Origin: Raphidiopsis brookii D9
GTDB taxonomy: Bacteria > Cyanobacteriota > Cyanobacteriia > Cyanobacteriales > Nostocaceae
Direction of reading: 5' to 3'
Assembly (NCBI GenBank): GCA_000175855.1
Contig: ACYB01000047.1
Coordinates: 1 to 32,000 of the forward strand
Length of the DNA stretch: 32,000 bases
Part shown: positions 18,484-29,436 of the stretch, piece after piece
Numbering within the stretch: position 1 is the stretch's first letter
How the letters are laid out: each line of letters begins with the position of its first letter
Translations under genes and position numbers: made by a program
The notes under the pieces: model-generated
Database searches by the model: none
The model's input: the letters and a program-made list of their open reading frames with translations, nothing else
Told to the model about the DNA's origin: nothing

Positions 18484-19767
18484 GTGAATAAGACCAACTC
18501 AGAAATTCTCAAATCTGTTGACCCTACTATTAGTAATTTAATCAACCAAGAACTACAACGGCAAAGAGATCACTTAGAATTGATTGCTAGTGAAAATTTT
18601 ACCTCCGCTGCTGTTTTGGCTGCGCAGGGTTCTGTGCTAACTAATAAATACGCAGAAGGTTTACCTAGTAAAAGATATTATGGCGGTTGCGAATTTGTCG
18701 ATGCAATTGAACAAGTAGCTATTGACAGAGCTAAAGAATTATTTGGTGCTGCCCATGCTAACGTACAACCCCACTCCGGTGCTCAAGCAAACTTTGCTGT
18801 ATTCCTCACCTTGTTGCAACCAGGAGACACCATTATGGGCATGGATTTGTCCCATGGTGGACACCTAACCCACGGATCACCAGTTAATGTTTCTGGTAAA
18901 TGGTTTAAAGTATGTCACTATGGAGTCAGTAAGGAAACAGGAAAGTTAGATTATGACCAAATTCGTGACTTAGTAATTAAAGAACGTCCTAAACTGCTCA
19001 TTTGTGGTTATTCCGCCTATCCTAGAATTATTGACTTTGAAAAATTCCGTAGCATAGCGGATGAGGTAGGAGCATATTTACTGGCAGATATAGCCCACAT
19101 AGCAGGTTTGGTTGCCACAGGTCATCATCCCAATCCCCTTCCCTACTGTGATGTAGTCACAACAACTACCCATAAAACTCTACGGGGTCCCAGGGGAGGT
19201 TTGATTTTAACCCGGGATGGGGAACTAGGTAAAAAGCTGGATAAGTCGGTTTTCCCTGGCACTCAAGGTGGCCCCCTAGAACATGTGATTGCTGGTAAGG
19301 CGGTGGCCTTTGGAGAAGCATTAAAATCCGAGTTCAAAACCTATTCCGGTCAAGTAATTGCTAATGCTCGTGCCCTGGCTAATCAACTGCAAAGTAGGGG
19401 ACTAAAATTGGTGTCTAACGGTACAGATAATCATCTTGTACTAGTAGATTTACGATCTATTGGCATGACAGGTAAAAAGGCAGACCAGTTATTGAGTGGT
19501 GTTAATATCACAGCTAATAAAAATACAGTTCCCTTCGACTCAGAGTCACCATTTGTTACCAGTGGTTTGAGATTGGGTTCCCCAGCTATGACCACGAGAG
19601 GTCTAAATGTAGTAGACTTTACTGAAATTGCAAACATAATTAGCGATCGCCTGCTTGATCCAGAGTCCCAGAGAGTTGAGAGGGATTGCAAACAGCGGGT
19701 AGCCGCACTATGTGATCGCTTTCCCTTGTATCCGCACCTAGAAGTGCCCAGTGCTGCGCTAGTGTAG
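18484..19767 (+). CDS. glyA: Serine hydroxymethyltransferase
   Basis: 427-aa ORF with GTG start: [51 protein letters not shown]. Confidence 0.97.
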   Translation: MNKTNSEILKSVDPTISNLINQELQRQRDHLELIASENFTSAAVLAAQGSVLTNKYAEGLPSKRYYGGCEFVDAIEQVAIDRAKELFGAAHANVQPHSGAQANFAVFLTLLQPGDTIMGMDLSHGGHLTHGSPVNVSGKWFKVCHYGVSKETGKLDYDQIRDLVIKERPKLLICGYSAYPRIIDFEKFRSIADEVGAYLLADIAHIAGLVATGHHPNPLPYCDVVTTTTHKTLRGPRGGLILTRDGELGKKLDKSVFPGTQGGPLEHVIAGKAVAFGEALKSEFKTYSGQVIANARALANQLQSRGLKLVSNGTDNHLVLVDLRSIGMTGKKADQLLSGVNITANKNTVPFDSESPFVTSGLRLGSPAMTTRGLNVVDFTEIANIISDRLLDPESQRVERDCKQRVAALCDRFPLYPHLEVPSAALV

Positions 19768-19773
19768 TAATAT

Positions 19774-19799
19774 TGAGGGCATAAGTGGTTATGCCCTCA
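19774..19799. terminator. Perfect 11-bp-stem hairpin downstream of glyA
   Basis: TGAGGGCATAA-GTGG-TTATGCCCTCA; no U-tract directly after it. Confidence 0.5.
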
Positions 19800-19890
19800 G
19801 TACTAGACCAACTGAAAACACACTTTTTTAGGACTTGTGTAAACGGTCGATTAATATTCTTATATTCCCAATATTCCCATATCCCCAAAC

Positions 19891-21140
19891 ATGAGCGCGG
19901 AAATTATTTGTGTTGGTACAGAATTACTGTTAGGAGATATCCTCAACAGTAATGCCCAATTTATTGCCCAGGAATTGGCACAGCTAGGTGTTCCCCACTA
20001 CTATCAAACAGTAGTGGGAGATAACCCGGAAAGACTTAAAAGAGTAATTGAAATTGCTGCTTCCAGGGTAGAAATTCTAATTTTTACTGGTGGACTAGGT
20101 CCCACACCAGATGATTTAACCTGTGAGACCATAGCTGATTACTTTGGTGTTCCCCTGATTGAAGACCCGGAAATAATTGAGGATATTAGGGAGAAATTCA
20201 GCCAAAGAGGAAGAGTAATGTCTCCCAGTAACCGTAAACAGGCCTTAATTCCCCAAGGGGCCAAGGTTTTACCCAACCTCACGGGAACTGCACCAGGTAT
20301 AATTTGGCAGCCTAGATCAAACTTGACGATTTTAACCTTTCCAGGTGTTCCCAGCGAAATGCACCAAATGTGGCAAGATACAGCAGTACCTTTCCTCAAA
20401 AGTCAAGGTTGGGGAAAGGAAATTATCTATAGTCGCAGTTTAAAATTCTGGGGTGTGGGTGAATCAGTACTTGCGGAGAAAGTTTCTGATTACCTGAGTT
20501 TATCTAACCCCACGGTTGCCCCTTATGCGGGTAAGGGAGAAGTGAGACTGAGAATTTGTGCCAAAGCACCGGATACTGTGTCCGCACAAGAGCTAATTGC
20601 TCCCGTAGAAAAGAAGCTTAGAGAAATTGGTGGATTGGACTATTATGGCGTTGATGGGGAAACATTAGCATCTGTTGTTGGTAACTTACTCCGTCTTTCG
20701 GGAACAAGTTTATCAGTAGCTGAGTCCTGTACTGGTGGAGGGGTCGGACAAATGCTGACGGAAATTCCCGGTAGTTCGGATTACTTTTGGGGGGGAGTGA
20801 TTGCCTATGATAATTCGGTAAAAGTGAGATTATTGGGAGTTGATCCTGGCGATTTAGACCAATTTGGTGCTGTGAGTCCTGTGGTTGCCCAAAAAATGGC
20901 TATTGGTGTGAAAATAGTTTAGGAACTACCTGGGGGTTAAGTATTACAGGTATTGCTGGACCAACTGGGGGTAGTGAGACCAAACCTATAGGTTTGGTGT
21001 ATATTGGCCTTTCAGGTCCTAATCATCAGGTATATAGCTACGAGTGTAGATTCGGAACCATGAGGTCTCGTACTCTAGTCCGTTACCTAGCTGCTGCTAA
21101 TGCTTTGGACTATCTCCGTCGTTTGCTTTTGACTGTGTAA
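19891..21140 (+). CDS. cinA: Competence/damage-inducible protein CinA, apparent -1 nt frameshift near 20911-20914
   Basis: First part MSAEIICVGTELLLGDILNSNAQ..VAESCTGGG..GVKIV* (to 20922). The tail continues in another frame as [45 protein letters not shown] (to 21140). Restoring one A gives ~416 aa. Confidence 0.92.
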
Positions 21141-21443
21141 ACTCTTGCTTTAATCGGACAGCCTTGTATTATATACTACGATCAGTCCACTAGGTTTATT
21201 TTTTTAAGGTGAAAATAAATATTGCATGATTTGTGTTGTCCTCAAACAGTTCTTATTACACACCCGATTAAACTTATGAAGTTGATTGCTATACAAAATG
21301 TGGAAGGTTTTGATATCACTGGTGTGTTATCCTAATTATTTTATGAACACCCACGGTTGGCAAATACAAACAGAAAACTCGGTAGTTTTTATGTAAAAAC
21401 TACCATAAGTTTATCTGACTGTAATCTTTTTGTATCAAATTGA

Positions 21444-21884
21444 TTGAGCGAGGACCAAGTGCAAAGAAGGTGTGATAGGAATCGGAACCGTTCCAGAAGA
21501 AGGGCTATATACTGTCCTGTTCATGATTGTTACCTTGACAGCGTCAGTCAAAAATATAGACTTTTTGCGGATCAACCAGGTCAGTTACAAAAAAGAGGTT
21601 TTGGTCGTCGTACTGCTTCTTTAGTCATATCTCAATACACAGCAGTAACTATTCAAGGAGAGTGGTTAGAGGCATTTTGGTGTCCGGAGTGTGAAGAAAA
21701 AAAATGGTATTACGTCCGTCAGTCTAATAATGGTATATATGAAATTTCTTTAGCTCCTATGGACTTGTGGAAGCAGGTATCAGGTGTAATTGATCCCTAT
21801 GGAAATCCATCTGTTAGTGAATTTACTCGATTAAGTGCTAAACAAACAAACTACAGGGGTATTAGTGCTTTCTATTCTCTCTAA
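21444..21884 (+). CDS. Conserved hypothetical cyanobacterial protein with Cys pairs
   Basis: 146-aa ORF (TTG start): RRCDRNRNRSRRRAIYCPVHDCYLDSVSQKYRLFA..WCPECEEKKWYYV. Confidence 0.7.
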   Translation: MSEDQVQRRCDRNRNRSRRRAIYCPVHDCYLDSVSQKYRLFADQPGQLQKRGFGRRTASLVISQYTAVTIQGEWLEAFWCPECEEKKWYYVRQSNNGIYEISLAPMDLWKQVSGVIDPYGNPSVSEFTRLSAKQTNYRGISAFYSL

Positions 21885-21962
21885 AACTCAGAGATTAATC
21901 CAGTTTTTTGATTGAACCACTGGATCTAAAGTCAAAACTCTGTTATTATGATCTTTCAGTTG

Positions 21963-22034
21963 GGGTGACTAGCTCAACGGTAGAGCATCGGACTCTTAAT
22001 CCGCTGGTTCTGAGTTCGAATCTCAGGTCACCCA
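21963..22034 (+). tRNA. tRNA-Lys (anticodon CTT)
   Basis: GGGTGAC/GTCACCC acceptor, GCTC/GAGC D-stem, CTCTTAA anticodon loop, CTGAG-TTCGAAT-CTCAG T-arm, discriminator A; 3' CCA not encoded. Confidence 0.95.
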
Positions 22035-22200
22035 CTGAATAGATATGATTGCCATATATTACCTCAACTGGATCTAATAGTCCGGATGTAATTCCTAAAT
22101 ATGAAATCTACTATGTTGGTAAATGGTGAGTTGAGTCGCTATTTTTAGATAGTGTTCCAATCAGCATTATTTAAGTCAAGCAAATTTTGGAGAAAATCGG

Positions 22201-22437
22201 ATGTTAAACTTCAAAGCTATGGTGGATGAACTATTGACTCCTATCGAAACTGAAGCTGCTGCTAATATAAATGGAGGCGATGAAATGATTGATAAAACCG
22301 TTGAAGAAGGCGCGGTATTGTTCAATCGTAATAGATATTTGCAAGCGTTGGGGGTAGCTTATTTAGCACCTCCAGGAATTGGTGAAATAACCAATAAAGA
22401 AGCCTTGTTAGCACAGTACGAAGGTTGGAGAAGCTAG
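22201..22437 (+). CDS. 78-aa putative peptide with double-glycine-type leader
   Basis: ATG preceded by GGAGAAAATCGG (SD-like). MLNFKAMVDELLTPIETEAAANINGG|DEMIDK..EGWRS, followed by a hairpin at 22533-22566. Confidence 0.6.
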   Translation: MLNFKAMVDELLTPIETEAAANINGGDEMIDKTVEEGAVLFNRNRYLQALGVAYLAPPGIGEITNKEALLAQYEGWRS

Positions 22438-22532
22438 TAAATTAGAATCTTCGCCTTGTTGAGTCCTAGGTTTTTCATTCCTAACTTGATAGTTAACATT
22501 CATACTGCTCTTAATCCAATTGCTTAACTCAC

Positions 22533-22566
22533 AGACCCTGAAATTGCAGAAGCGTTTCCAGGGTCT
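22533..22566 (+). terminator. Candidate intrinsic terminator downstream of the 78-aa ORF
   Basis: AGACCCTG..CAGGGTCT (additional AAA/TTT pairing) followed by ATTTATTTAG on the + strand. Confidence 0.5.
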
Positions 22567-22584
22567 ATTTATTTAGATACTTAT

Positions 22585-23673
22585 TCAAATAATATCAAAA
22601 CAACAGTTGATAGCAAGTTCTGCATGATCAACTAATATCTGTTTTTCTAGGGGAAAAACCTCATATTGGGGAGTTTTAGTTAACAGTTGGGCAATTCTGT
22701 TATGGGAGTTTTCTATCACCGATGGACTTAGAGAACCATTGTGCAAACAAGCAATGAAGTTTTCAGCTATTTTATAGGTTTTTTCAATGGATGAAGAGCT
22801 TATATTGCGAGAAACTAAAAATAAATCACACCCAGCATTAAAAGCACGTGCTACTGTTTCAGGATAAACAAACATATCTGCAACTGCTTTCATGTCTAGG
22901 TCATCGGAAACCACTACCCCAGAAAAATTTAGTTCCTGTCTTAAAATCTGATGAAGAATAGTAGTTGATATTGTAGCTGGAAGATCCGAGTCAATTCGTG
23001 GAAACAGTATGTGTGCTGTCATCATCAGTGGTATTTGTTCCTGAATAAGAATTTCAAAAGGTATTAACTCTCGATTCTTTAAATCTTCTAAACTCAAATT
23101 CAAGACTGGTAACTCCAGATGAGAGTCTTGACTAGTATCTCCATGACCGGGAAAGTGTTTAGCACAACCAAGAATACCCGATTCCTTCAGTCCACGGTAG
23201 TACTCTCTAGCGTTTTGACCAGCTAGTTTAGCTGTTTCACCAAAAGCACGTAAACCAATAACAGGGTTTTGAGGATTAGAAAAAATATCCGCCACGGGAG
23301 CAAAAGAAAGGTTGATCCCTAAAGATCTTAATTCCAATCCAGTTGCTTTTCCTACTTGATATGCTCGAGATCTAAGTAAATGAGCAACAGGGAACCGTGT
23401 GATGGGTAATGGTGTTCTAATAACCTTTCCACCCTCATGGTCTAGTCCAGTAAACAGTAATTCTCGCTCAATATATTCACGAATACTACGAAGTAGTTTA
23501 TTAAACTCCTCTAACCAAATGGGATAGGGTGTACCATCGAGAAAGTTTTTGGCGAAAAAAATCACACCAACGGGTTTTAAATCGCTTAGTACCCGTTTGT
23601 CATCATCCGTGAGAGTTGTACCAGAGACTCCGAGAATTAAATGATTACCAAATTGCTGTAGATATTGAGACAT
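22585..23673 (-). CDS. nagZ: Glycoside hydrolase family 3 / beta-N-acetylhexosaminidase-like
   Basis: 362-aa ORF: LDHEGGKVIRT, CAKHFPGHGDTSQDSHLELP, VVSDDLDMKAV. Confidence 0.85.
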   Translation of the reverse strand: MSQYLQQFGNHLILGVSGTTLTDDDKRVLSDLKPVGVIFFAKNFLDGTPYPIWLEEFNKLLRSIREYIERELLFTGLDHEGGKVIRTPLPITRFPVAHLLRSRAYQVGKATGLELRSLGINLSFAPVADIFSNPQNPVIGLRAFGETAKLAGQNAREYYRGLKESGILGCAKHFPGHGDTSQDSHLELPVLNLSLEDLKNRELIPFEILIQEQIPLMMTAHILFPRIDSDLPATISTTILHQILRQELNFSGVVVSDDLDMKAVADMFVYPETVARAFNAGCDLFLVSRNISSSSIEKTYKIAENFIACLHNGSLSPSVIENSHNRIAQLLTKTPQYEVFPLEKQILVDHAELAINCCFDII

Positions 23674-23795
23674 GGATTGCTAAAAGCATGGGGATGCAAC
23701 GGGACTTTTTCCCCAAGCCAGGTTAAATGTAACAGAATGCAAAGTATAATGAAAACGTCAAAACAATTAAGAAATATTGAAAACAGTAGGGTTAA

Positions 23796-25244
<1,449 letters not shown>

Positions 25245-25257
25245 TTCCCCTCCGCGC

Positions 25258-26160
25258 ATGAAAACCCTGGTCTCTGTCCATGAGTCCTATAAACTTTGTC
25301 AGGAACTTACAGCCAAGTATGCTAAAACCTTCTACTTGGGTACCCTGTTGATGAGTCCGACAAAGCGTCAATCTGTTTGGTCAATATACGCTTGGTGTCG
25401 CCGTACAGATGAACTAGTTGATGGCCCTACGGCTACTAAAACTACTCCAGAAACTCTCGCACAGTGGGAAAACCAGTTAGATTCTATTTTTGCTGGTTGC
25501 CCATTGGATGATTATGATGTGGCCCTGGTTGATACTCTCCAGCACTTTCCCCTGGACATTCAACCCTTTAGGGATATGATTGCTGGACAGCGCATGGATC
25601 TCTATCGCAGTCGTTATGAAACTTTTGACGATTTATATCTCTACTGCTATCGTGTGGCCGGTACTGTTGGTTTGATGTCAACTACTATTATGGGTGTAGA
25701 TACTAGTGTCTATTCTGCCCCTTGGTATCGAGATATACAACCCTATTTTCCCGTTGAGGAAGCGATCGCTTTGGGTATAGCTAACCAGTTAACCAATATT
25801 CTCAGGGATGTGGGTGAAGACGCTCGCCGTGGTAGGATCTACATACCCTTGGAAGACTTGAAAAAATTCAGCTATTCTCCAGAAGAGCTGTTGCAAGGGG
25901 TTTTGGATGACCGTTGGCGTTCTCTCATGCGATTCCAGATTAAACGCGCTCGAGAATTTTATACTAAGGCTGACCGTGGCATTAGCTATCTGGCCCAGGA
26001 TGCTCGCTGGCCAGTTTGGGCTGCTTCTATGCTCTACGGAAAAATTCTGGATGTAATAGAGCGTAATGACTATCAGGTGTTTAGCCAACGTGCTTACGTT
26101 TCTCAGCTGCAAAAGATCAGTACCTTGCCTTTGGCTTGGATGCGATCGCAAGTGTTGTGA
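25258..26160 (+). CDS. crtB: Phytoene synthase (track start 25228 overlaps crtP; ATG 25258 is a plausible alternative)
   Basis: AKTFYLGTLLMSPTKRQSVWSIYAWCRRTDELVDG, ANQLTNILRDVGEDARRGRIYIP. Confidence 0.93.
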   Translation: MKTLVSVHESYKLCQELTAKYAKTFYLGTLLMSPTKRQSVWSIYAWCRRTDELVDGPTATKTTPETLAQWENQLDSIFAGCPLDDYDVALVDTLQHFPLDIQPFRDMIAGQRMDLYRSRYETFDDLYLYCYRVAGTVGLMSTTIMGVDTSVYSAPWYRDIQPYFPVEEAIALGIANQLTNILRDVGEDARRGRIYIPLEDLKKFSYSPEELLQGVLDDRWRSLMRFQIKRAREFYTKADRGISYLAQDARWPVWAASMLYGKILDVIERNDYQVFSQRAYVSQLQKISTLPLAWMRSQVL

Positions 26161-26255
26161 CATTTACTAAGAATTGGAATGGGACAAGTATGACAGAGTA
26201 ACTTCCTGTTAAACCGATTGCATGCCCATTCCCTAATTTGCTGGTTTAAGGTGAT

Positions 26256-28596
26256 TTAGTTTATTTTTTGCAGTTGTGCTACCTTGGGGTCGATAATTTT
26301 TTGACCCAAACTAGTAAATTTAATTGCCAGGGATATTTTGTCATCACTGGCAAAAACATGAGTAATTACGCCTTTGCCAAAAGCTTTGTGCAGTACCTGT
26401 TCGCCAACACGCCAGTTGTTAGTTTCTCCAGGAGTTTCTGGCATGATTGTTGTGGATTTAGTAGACCTAGCAGCATGGATTTTTGACTTAGTGGTTAATA
26501 GGTCCTGGGGTAGTTCTCCCAGAAATTGTGATGGTAATGCTGGTTCTCTAGAGCCATACAACCTTCTTTCTCTGGCATGGGATAGGTACAATCGCTCTTG
26601 GGTACGAGTGATTCCCACATAACATAATCTTCTTTCTTCTTCTAAAGCTTTAGGATCTTGTAGAGAACGATAACCGGGAAATAGTCCCTGCTCTAAACCA
26701 ACTAAAAACACTATGGGGAACTCCAACCCTTTAGAAGCGTGCAAGGTCATCAGAGAAACCGCATCCCTGGATTCGCTTAAATTGTCTAAGTCTGAACTTA
26801 GTGCCGCACTTTGCAAAAATGCTTGTAAAGAAATATCATTTCCCCTATTTTCGTCTTGGAACTGGGATACAGCATTATATAGTTCCTTAACATTGCTGAT
26901 TCTATTATCAGCTTCATCTGTTCCCTGGTCCATTAAATCCCGGAGGTACCCAGAATCTTCCAGAATTCCTTCCAAGACTTCTGATGCGGGAACTTGAGTG
27001 GTTTTTTCCTGCCATTTTTTCATTATGCTAGTAAAACCAGTTACAGATTTCGCTGCACGTCCGGTCAAGGTGTTTACAGAAGTTTCATCACTCAATATCT
27101 CCCATAGGGTAGTACCCAATTGTTGGGAAGCGTTAATTAAAGCGTCCACGGTAGATTTGCCGATGCCTCGTCGAGGAGTGTTAATGACCCTTAATAAACT
27201 TACCGTATCTGCAGGATTATTAATTGCTCTTAAATAGGAAATAACATCTTTGATTTCCTTCCGGTCATAAAACTTCATGCCTCCCACCACAGTGTAGTGG
27301 ATTTGATATTTTACCAGCAGTTCCTCAAAGGGTCGAGACTGGGCATTAGTGCGATAGAGAATGGCAAAACTTCCCCAAGTAATATCAGGGTTATTAGTTG
27401 TTAAATTCCGAATTTGATTGATAACAAAAATCTGCTTCAGCGACTTCATCATCGGCTTTATGAAAATAAATAGACTCGCCCACATCTCGCGTAGGTTTGA
27501 GAATTTTATCAATGCGTTCGGTATTATTTTCAATCAGTTCATTGGCAGCTTGCAGAATATTTTCACAGGAGCGATAGTTTTCCTCTAGTTTCACCATAGT
27601 CCTGGTGTCATCATCATCTAAACCATCTCCAAAATCCTGCTGAAACTCCAATAGAATGGTAAAATCAGCCATCCTAAAACTATAAATTGACTGGTCCGCA
27701 TCACCAACTACAAACACCGAACGATTGTCCCAATTCCATTGGTTTTTGCGACATTCACCATTCGTAACTAATAAACGCAGTAGTTCATATTGAGTCCGAT
27801 TGGTATCCTGATATTCATCTACTAGAATATGACGGAACTTGTTATGCCAATAGGCCAAAACCTGCTCATTTTGACCAAATAGTCTAGTGGGAACTAGAAT
27901 TAGGTCATCAAAATCCAAACTGTTATTGACCGCTAGTTGATCTTGATAAAGGTTATAAACTTCGCCAATTACTCGACCACGATAATTAGGTTGTTGCTCT
28001 TCAAATTCTCGTGGTGATAAACCTTGGTTTTTAGCATTACTAATGGCATACCTAACGGATTTAGGGTCGAACTTTTTACTGTCTAGGTTAAGTTGTTTGG
28101 TGACAATTTCTTTAATTAAAGTTTGTACATCAGATTCATCGAAGATAGAAAAGTTCTTCTGCCAGTGTCGGCCTTTTTCGTCTTGATATTTTTCAACATC
28201 AAACCTCAAAATCCGGGAAAACAAACTATGGAAGGTTCCACACCAGATGTTTTTAATGTAGGTACGGTAAACACTGGATATGACCTCAGTTTGTTGTTGT
28301 GCGGGCAATAAATCTAATTTCTGACCATATTGATTTATGGCAAATTGATCCGCGAATAATCTTTGGATCCGGTCTTTCATTTCCCTTGCAGCTTTATTGG
28401 TGAAAGTTACTGCTAAAATGTTCTCGGGATGCACACGGTTTTGTAAAATTAGATTAGCAATCCGATAGGTTAGGGCGCGGGTTTTACCCGAACCTGCACC
28501 AGCAACAACTAGTAAGGGACCGCAATAATGCTCAACTGCTATACGCTGGCTAAAGTTGAGCTGACTAGTAAAGTCATTATTCGTGTTCATAGGCAT
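26256..28596 (-). CDS. pcrA: UvrD/PcrA-type ATP-dependent DNA helicase, apparent +1 nt frameshift at 27430-27434
   Basis: Two overlapping ORFs (27394-28596 N-part with VVAGAGSGKTRALTYR and VDEYQDTNRTQYELL; 26256-27533 C-part with SFAILYRTNAQSR and SLMTLHASKGLEFPIVFLVGLEQGLFP). Removing one base gives ~779 aa. Confidence 0.93.
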
Positions 28597-28856
28597 ATTT
28601 GTTAGTTTACTAAGAATTAAGTTTTACTAGTTAGACAAGTCTAATTTTATTCAAAATCTTGTATTTAAGTCCAGTTAAGTAATTTTAGGAAAGTTACTGT
28701 ACAAGGCTTATTGTTTTAATACTAGTCCAGATGCAAAAAACATAACTATGTTTAACCGTTACCTTGGAAATAATTATGAGTAGATCTTAATTCATTGCCT
28801 AATCAACGATATTGTTGTCATAATTATACGAATTAGCAAACCCAAATTTGTAAGTT

Positions 28857-29294
28857 ATGGAAGTCGAAATGCAAGAATCACAATACACAGAAACTAAAAC
28901 CAAGGAAACTCCCATTCCAGATCTTAGTACCCAAACAGGGAGCATAACTAAACTCCAATCCCCGCCTAAATCCCAGGAACAATGGCTTAAATACGGTCAA
29001 GAGGTTTCTAACTTTTTAGGGACGCTGCCAGAATATTTAGTTGGGTTATTTGATAAGTATAAACAACCACTTCTTACCCTGGGATTAATTGTTACTGCTG
29101 GAGTAACTGTTAAGGTGATACTGGCTGTGCTAGATTCTTTAAATGATATTCCTTTAGTAGCGCCCACTTTTGAGCTAATTGGCATTGGCTACTCTGGTTG
29201 GTTTGTGTATCGCTATTTACTCAAAGCTTCTACCAGAGAGGAACTCACAAGTGAAATTGACACTTTAAAATCACAAGTTTTTGGGCAAGACTAA
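28857..29294 (+). CDS. CAAD-domain-like thylakoid/membrane protein
   Basis: 145-aa ORF with the pattern FLGTLPEYLVGLFDKYKQPLLTLGLI..VLDSLNDIPLVAPTFELIGIGYSGWFVYRYLLKASTREEL. Confidence 0.82.
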   Translation: MEVEMQESQYTETKTKETPIPDLSTQTGSITKLQSPPKSQEQWLKYGQEVSNFLGTLPEYLVGLFDKYKQPLLTLGLIVTAGVTVKVILAVLDSLNDIPLVAPTFELIGIGYSGWFVYRYLLKASTREELTSEIDTLKSQVFGQD

Positions 29295-29333
29295 CCATTA
29301 GAAAACGCAAAAGCCCATATAGCATTAGTTGGG

Positions 29334-29381
29334 TATGTAGGAGTGGTATATGAGCTTATCAGTAAGCACCACTTCTACATA
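29334..29381. terminator. Long two-tier inverted repeat between convergent CAAD gene and hom
   Basis: 14-bp outer stem (TATGTAGGAGTGGT/ACCACTTCTACATA, one G-T) plus inner GCTTA-TCAG-TAAGC hairpin. Confidence 0.5.
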
Positions 29382-29436
29382 ATGGATATTTAGTCCCTAA
29401 GTTTAGTCGGTTTAATATAGATTTTTAAAACCTAGG

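Noticed and set aside
26176-26232. GGAATGGG / CCCATTCC inverted repeat between crtB and pcrA
   Set aside because: Arms separated by 41 nt and only 8 bp; weak evidence for a functional structure.
26268-27237. Plus-strand ORFs opposite pcrA (26268-26486, 26374-26622, 26713-26997, 26998-27237)
   Set aside because: Antisense shadow ORFs of a conserved helicase.
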